Of a DNA stretch of 64,000 nucleotides, positions 59,966 through 64,000 are shown one piece after another. The stretch comes from Patescibacteria group bacterium (GTDB taxonomy: Bacteria; Patescibacteriota; Microgenomatia; Levybacterales; UBA12049). How positions within the stretch are numbered: position 1 is the stretch's first letter; the number at the start of each line of letters is the position of its first letter. Both the position numbers and the translations under genes were made by a program. The DNA is taken from the NCBI GenBank assembly GCA_038064195.1, contig JBBTTO010000003.1, positions 114,428-178,427 on the forward strand, in the 5' to 3' direction. Below the pieces are notes generated by a model. That model was not told the origin of the DNA and searched no databases. It was given only the letters and a program-made list of their open reading frames with translations.

Positions 59966-60102
59966 CTTTCATTCACCTCCTTTCATTGATACGAATGTAT
60001 CCAAATGGTTATTTCGAATGAATCCGAATCTACAGGTACAGTTTAGGAGAAAAGTTTAAGAATGGGAATAAGGATGGGTAAGAAAGAGGTAAGGTCCGAT
60101 TG

Positions 60103-61170
60103 TCAGCTAGCGGGGTAGTTACGGAGGAGCTCAAGGACGGCAAATTCGGTTGGTTTGAGATTGTCTTCTTTTTGCGGCTTGTCCCTGTATTCTTTAATAT
60201 GAGGCACGAGGATGTCTTCTTCATAGGTTCGGAAAATTGTCGGGTGGATGTAGTAGCTGCGACAGACTGTCGGAGTATTGCCCAGATTTTTGGAGACTTT
60301 TTTTACGACTTGGGTCATATTTTTTTTCTTATCATCTTTAGTCTTGGGGGTTTCCATTTGACAGAGATAATTTGCGCTGAGCATGGTGCCGCCCCAGGTA
60401 CGGAAATCCTTGGCGGTGATCTGTTCGCCGGTTGTATCCTGCAGATATTGGTTGACCTCAGCAGAGTCGACGGTGTGACGCTGATGCTCCTCGTTTAAGT
60501 ATTGGAAGACCTCATAGCCCGGCAGTTCGATGCATTTACGAATGGTTTTGACCACAGTCGGATTGGTAATGTCTTTTTCATGATCAATCCCTGACTTGCC
60601 TTTGAAGGTAAATCTGATGCGGTCACCGTCGACATCCACATGCTTATTTCGCAGTGTTGTCAGGCCGAAGGACTGATTTTCTTTGGCATATTCTTCATTA
60701 CCGATACGGATAAAGGTATGCTCCAGTAACCAGACGACTGTGGCGATGACTCTTTTTTCATTCAGGCCTCTTGTCGTCATGTCACGCTCTACAGCCTCAC
60801 GAATAGTAGGGAGATGCTTGCCGAAGAACTCAACACGATCGAATTTAGCTTCCTGACAGATGCGTTCCCATTCTTTGTGATAGATATACTGCTTGCGACC
60901 TTTTTGATCGATACCTGTAGCCTGTAAGTGGGTGTTGGCGTAAGGGGAGATCCAGACACCTGTCCAGGCAGGGGGGATGACGAGATCCTTGATACGCTTG
61001 AGGGTTTTGCTGTCGTTGACACGTTCACCGGTAGAGCCTGTGTAAATTGGGGATGTTTTGCTGCCTTCACGGCTGATACCGCGGATAGAGTCGGTGATAT
61101 AACGAAGGTCGAGCTTCTCAGCTTTCTCGAGGACCTCTTCCGGGACATGGGACAGTGATATATCAGACAT
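60103..61170 (-). CDS. DNA topoisomerase IB
   Basis: IPPAWT.VWI, GRKQY.YH, IRIGNEEY, KGKSG, KDFRTW, LGNTPTVCRSYYIHP. Confidence 0.95.
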   Translation of the reverse strand: MSDISLSHVPEEVLEKAEKLDLRYITDSIRGISREGSKTSPIYTGSTGERVNDSKTLKRIKDLVIPPAWTGVWISPYANTHLQATGIDQKGRKQYIYHKEWERICQEAKFDRVEFFGKHLPTIREAVERDMTTRGLNEKRVIATVVWLLEHTFIRIGNEEYAKENQSFGLTTLRNKHVDVDGDRIRFTFKGKSGIDHEKDITNPTVVKTIRKCIELPGYEVFQYLNEEHQRHTVDSAEVNQYLQDTTGEQITAKDFRTWGGTMLSANYLCQMETPKTKDDKKKNMTQVVKKVSKNLGNTPTVCRSYYIHPTIFRTYEEDILVPHIKEYRDKPQKEDNLKPTEFAVLELLRNYPAS

Positions 61171-61303
61171 AACCAGTGCTGAGTTTAAGTATACAACATT
61201 AAGAAAAGGGTCAAAGGAGACAAAAGGCGCAAAAGAGAGAAAAGGTTGGTGCCGGCGCTCCGGCACCCATATAGGGTGACAAAGCGCCGGCGTGGCCAAC
61301 GAG

Positions 61304-61609
61304 TCACCGGACCGGCTGGTCTGCGTAGCGTTGAAGCTCCGCTTGGACACGCCGGAGTAGGCGGGTGTTGATGTCGGGACTCCTCGCCAGAGCTTGTTTC
61401 TCGACGGGAAGATTCTCGACGAACTGGCTGAGAAGCCATTCCGGTTTTGGTTTTCGGTAGAGAACCTCCTCTGACTTGGGTGACTCCCAGATTTTCCACC
61501 TTGGTGGCCTGGTCGTCTTGGTCTGGTGGGCCTGGTCCCAGACCCACTTTTCGATACTTGCACCCAGGATTTGATCGTCCTGGATGTTTTGCTGTCGTTC
61601 TTGAGACAT
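61304..61609 (-). CDS. GC-rich hypothetical protein (101 aa)
   Basis: AAAGGA SD; promoter TTGTCA-N18-TATAAT near 61795-61824; 3' hairpin at 61244-61300. Confidence 0.6.
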   Translation of the reverse strand: MSQERQQNIQDDQILGASIEKWVWDQAHQTKTTRPPRWKIWESPKSEEVLYRKPKPEWLLSQFVENLPVEKQALARSPDINTRLLRRVQAELQRYADQPVR

Positions 61610-61981
61610 GACGAGGTCCTTTCGTTTTGTCTCCACCTTACGATAAGGTAGAGCCCGAGCAATCCGTCTGCTTTGCGCAGCCGAGACTCCTCAGGCGCTA
61701 CCTCTTATAACTCGTTGTATTAAAAAGATCCTTTCAGACGTTATAAAACTGCGATCCACAAAGTGGAAGTCTTAAAAATTCTGAAAGTCCAGCGATTATA
61801 GCAAAAAAAGAGAGGAAATGACAACTATAAGATCTAAAGGGGAGTGGGAAGAAAGGAAAGCGGCTCCCAGGCGTGAGCCCGGGAGCCGTGATTGGGTGCA
61901 TGTACATCCCTGCTAATGAGCTATGGTGGGCATCATCGCATGAACGGACTTGCCGCTTGTCCCTGGGGCTTCCGACCCGCG

Positions 61982-62608
61982 TTACATCGCGGGTTGACGC
62001 ATTTGGTTGAAGATAGCTCGCGCTGGTTTCTCCGGCATGTGCTGAAGAGCCTTCACGAACGCCGCCAAACCGAGGGCGTCGAGACCTTGGACGTATTCGT
62101 AAACGTCCATTTGAATCTTGCCCGGAACCTCCTGTGACAGAGGCCCGGCTAGCACGTAGTGGGTAAAGATCGACTTGCCGCCGATCCGTCGGGGGTTGGC
62201 GTACACCTGCCCCGAGTTGACCACCGTTCGTTTGACCGCTTGTGCGATGTTGGCGAGCGATGACCTGACTGCGCGCCAGATCTGGATCTTGGTCGTCTCA
62301 TCCAGGAAAACATCCTCTTGTTCGGCCTGTACGGTGTACCTGCCGGTTTGGGGATCTACCCTGAATGTGATGACGACGTCACCCACACGGTCTTTGCCGC
62401 CGTCGTGCTCGATGAACTTCAACGAGTCGTACTGCGAACCGTCGGGTGATGTTTCCTTGACGAACGCGGCGTGATATGGCCCCCCATTTTCCATTCCTGC
62501 GTGGAAGGAGTTAGGGGAGATCACGTCCGTGTCCGGGTGCTGGATTCTCCAGTTGGAGTCTCCGACTTTGAAGGTGCGAACCCCACTGGGTTCTGTAACT
62601 GTGAGCAT
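61982..62608 (-). CDS. GC-rich hypothetical protein (208 aa)
   Basis: AGGAG SD; promoter TTGACA-N17-TATAAT at 62659-62687; 3' hairpin at 61861-61888. Confidence 0.8.
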   Translation of the reverse strand: MLTVTEPSGVRTFKVGDSNWRIQHPDTDVISPNSFHAGMENGGPYHAAFVKETSPDGSQYDSLKFIEHDGGKDRVGDVVITFRVDPQTGRYTVQAEQEDVFLDETTKIQIWRAVRSSLANIAQAVKRTVVNSGQVYANPRRIGGKSIFTHYVLAGPLSQEVPGKIQMDVYEYVQGLDALGLAAFVKALQHMPEKPARAIFNQMRQPAM

Positions 62609-62803
62609 TCTTTTGATCTCCTATGGTGGGGTAGATCGTGCCCAGGACAAGCTCCAGAATTATAGCCTATAATAGTAAAACTGTCAAGTTTTAGTGAGGC
62701 TAGATTGAGGCTGGATGAGTAAAGAAGATGTTCGATGTTTTTAGTTTGAGTGTGGTTGGCTCTCCTCTCACCAGAATGGTGAGAGGAGAGCTTAGTGCCC
62801 GTT

Positions 62804-63040
62804 TTAGAAAGGATCGTAACGACCCTCATCAGCCTCTGTTTTCTTCCTGGGAGGAGTCTCTGGCGGAGGAAAGCGAAAAGCTTGCAGTCCCCGAAGGTGC
62901 TGCTCGGTGATGCGGGTAATGCTGAGACCTCCTCCGCTGACCTTAGCGCCATCCAGATAGGCGCTTCCCAATTTGCGGAGGATTGCTCCGATCCATGGAA
63001 AGCGTGTCAGCACGACGCTGATAATTTGACCGATGGTCAT
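62804..63040 (-). CDS. GC-rich small hypothetical protein (78 aa)
   Basis: AAGGAGG SD; promoter TTGCCA-N17-TATAAT near 63168-63196; 3' hairpin at 62759-62791. Confidence 0.65.
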   Translation of the reverse strand: MTIGQIISVVLTRFPWIGAILRKLGSAYLDGAKVSGGGLSITRITEQHLRGLQAFRFPPPETPPRKKTEADEGRYDPF

Positions 63041-63215
63041 GTGGCCTCCTTCCGGCTGTACCGGTACTGTGTGTCTGAAGTAACCTGTTTCAGTTCTAAA
63101 ACGTGCGAAATACGTAGTTGATTTGGAACAGCCGCTAACGGATATTCAAATAAAAATACGTCAGGTAATTATAAACTATAAGATGTCCAGTGGCAAGTAA
63201 CGGGAGCAAATCGAG

Positions 63216-63953
63216 TTACAGAAAGCGGACAGTATCCTCCCACCCGATCTCTTTTTGGGTTGAGCTTGCGGGGAGATCATAGGAACCTAAGTTAAGTACC
63301 AGTAAGACTGTAGGGTGCTGGCTGTCCATAAGGAAGATCTCTCTTCGAGGTGCTCCGGGGCAGAGGGGAATAAGCGCAGTATAAATACTAGGATATGTAG
63401 CGGTCTGGTCAACTTGGAAAGTACAATTTTTATAAAGTAAGTCACTTTGGGTGATTTTCTTCACAGCATCCACAGGAGCGTCTGTCGATATCTTTGTGAA
63501 GACATCGACATAAGGTTCTTGGCTTGGAGGCATTTTTTCAGGGACCAGGTAGACTCGATTATTAACTTGCTGAGCTGTAACTTTTTTTAGCTGGTTGGGG
63601 TTGAGCTCAAATTCTTTGGCGTAATCAAACATAATACCTAATTCCTGTGAGTAAAAGCGATTGCTTGTCGGGTCAGCGCTCATACTTGCCTCAGGGGTAG
63701 GTGTGGGAGTAGCAGTAGGAAGGATGGTGGGAGTAGGAATAACTTGATTTGGGGCAGGTTGGGAGGTTTGCCTAAGAGTCAGGATAGCTATCCATGCTCC
63801 CAGAATAATGATTACAGCCAGCATGACGAAGTTAAGTAACTTATGATGATTGCGCGAAGGAGCAGGTGGCATTACAGGTGAGGGGACTACAGGTTGCGGT
63901 GGAGGGGGAACTGGAATTTCAGTTGAGTAAGGAGAGGGTGGATTCTGATCCAT
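63216..63953 (-). CDS. Pro/Thr-rich membrane-anchored hypothetical protein
   Basis: TM, PTPT linker, FYSQELGIMFDY. Confidence 0.75.
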   Translation of the reverse strand: MDQNPPSPYSTEIPVPPPPQPVVPSPVMPPAPSRNHHKLLNFVMLAVIIILGAWIAILTLRQTSQPAPNQVIPTPTILPTATPTPTPEASMSADPTSNRFYSQELGIMFDYAKEFELNPNQLKKVTAQQVNNRVYLVPEKMPPSQEPYVDVFTKISTDAPVDAVKKITQSDLLYKNCTFQVDQTATYPSIYTALIPLCPGAPRREIFLMDSQHPTVLLVLNLGSYDLPASSTQKEIGWEDTVRFL

Positions 63954-64000
63954 AGGAGTTAAGGTTTAGCTACGAGAGTCTTGAGGATCGAGTCCATCTC

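Noticed and set aside
61171-61662. 164-aa N-terminal extension of topoisomerase IB
   Set aside because: It runs through another gene and its 3' hairpin; TopIB-like sequence begins near 61170.
598-63121. Many 60-160 aa ORFs overlapping or antisense to identified genes
   Set aside because: Shadow frames without motifs or start signals.

Overview
Window from a reduced-genome bacterium, most likely Patescibacteria/CPR (Microgenomates-like). That placement is inferred from gene content, many apparently leaderless genes and the style of the REP and heptamer repeats. The housekeeping backbone includes a dTMP/folate cluster (dcd, tmk, thyA, folA, glyA plus HD and NUDIX hydrolases), rpsB-tsf-frr-rseP, pgl-zwf-gnd, proS, rpsU-ybeY-dnaX-ybaB-prs-recR, an MgtE-N/NRAMP pair, cysS, lepB, PBP1A, malic enzyme and topoisomerase IB. 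The most striking signal is a family of 11 GC-rich ORFan transcription units in three places (11.2-15 kb, 41-45 kb, 61-63 kb). Each has a structured leader, a Shine-Dalgarno, a 3' hairpin and a 5' segment that base-pairs with the region at or near its own stop codon. At 41-45 kb six of them form an array separated by TGAC...GTCA imperfect hairpins, downstream of a promoter and a roughly 550-650 nt hairpin-dense candidate ncRNA. At 11-15 kb two units share a diverged inverted leader module encoding a conserved 23-aa peptide (ending IPPIRRR) and a roughly 120-nt rod hairpin with compensatory changes. Other oddities are a tRNA-Ser with anticodon ACT abutting a PD-(D/E)XK endonuclease, a sortase lacking its catalytic His and Cys next to a PPQTG micropeptide, and palindromic or heptamer repeats read in frame inside core proteins. 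All alignments and folds were done by eye; no database searches were run.
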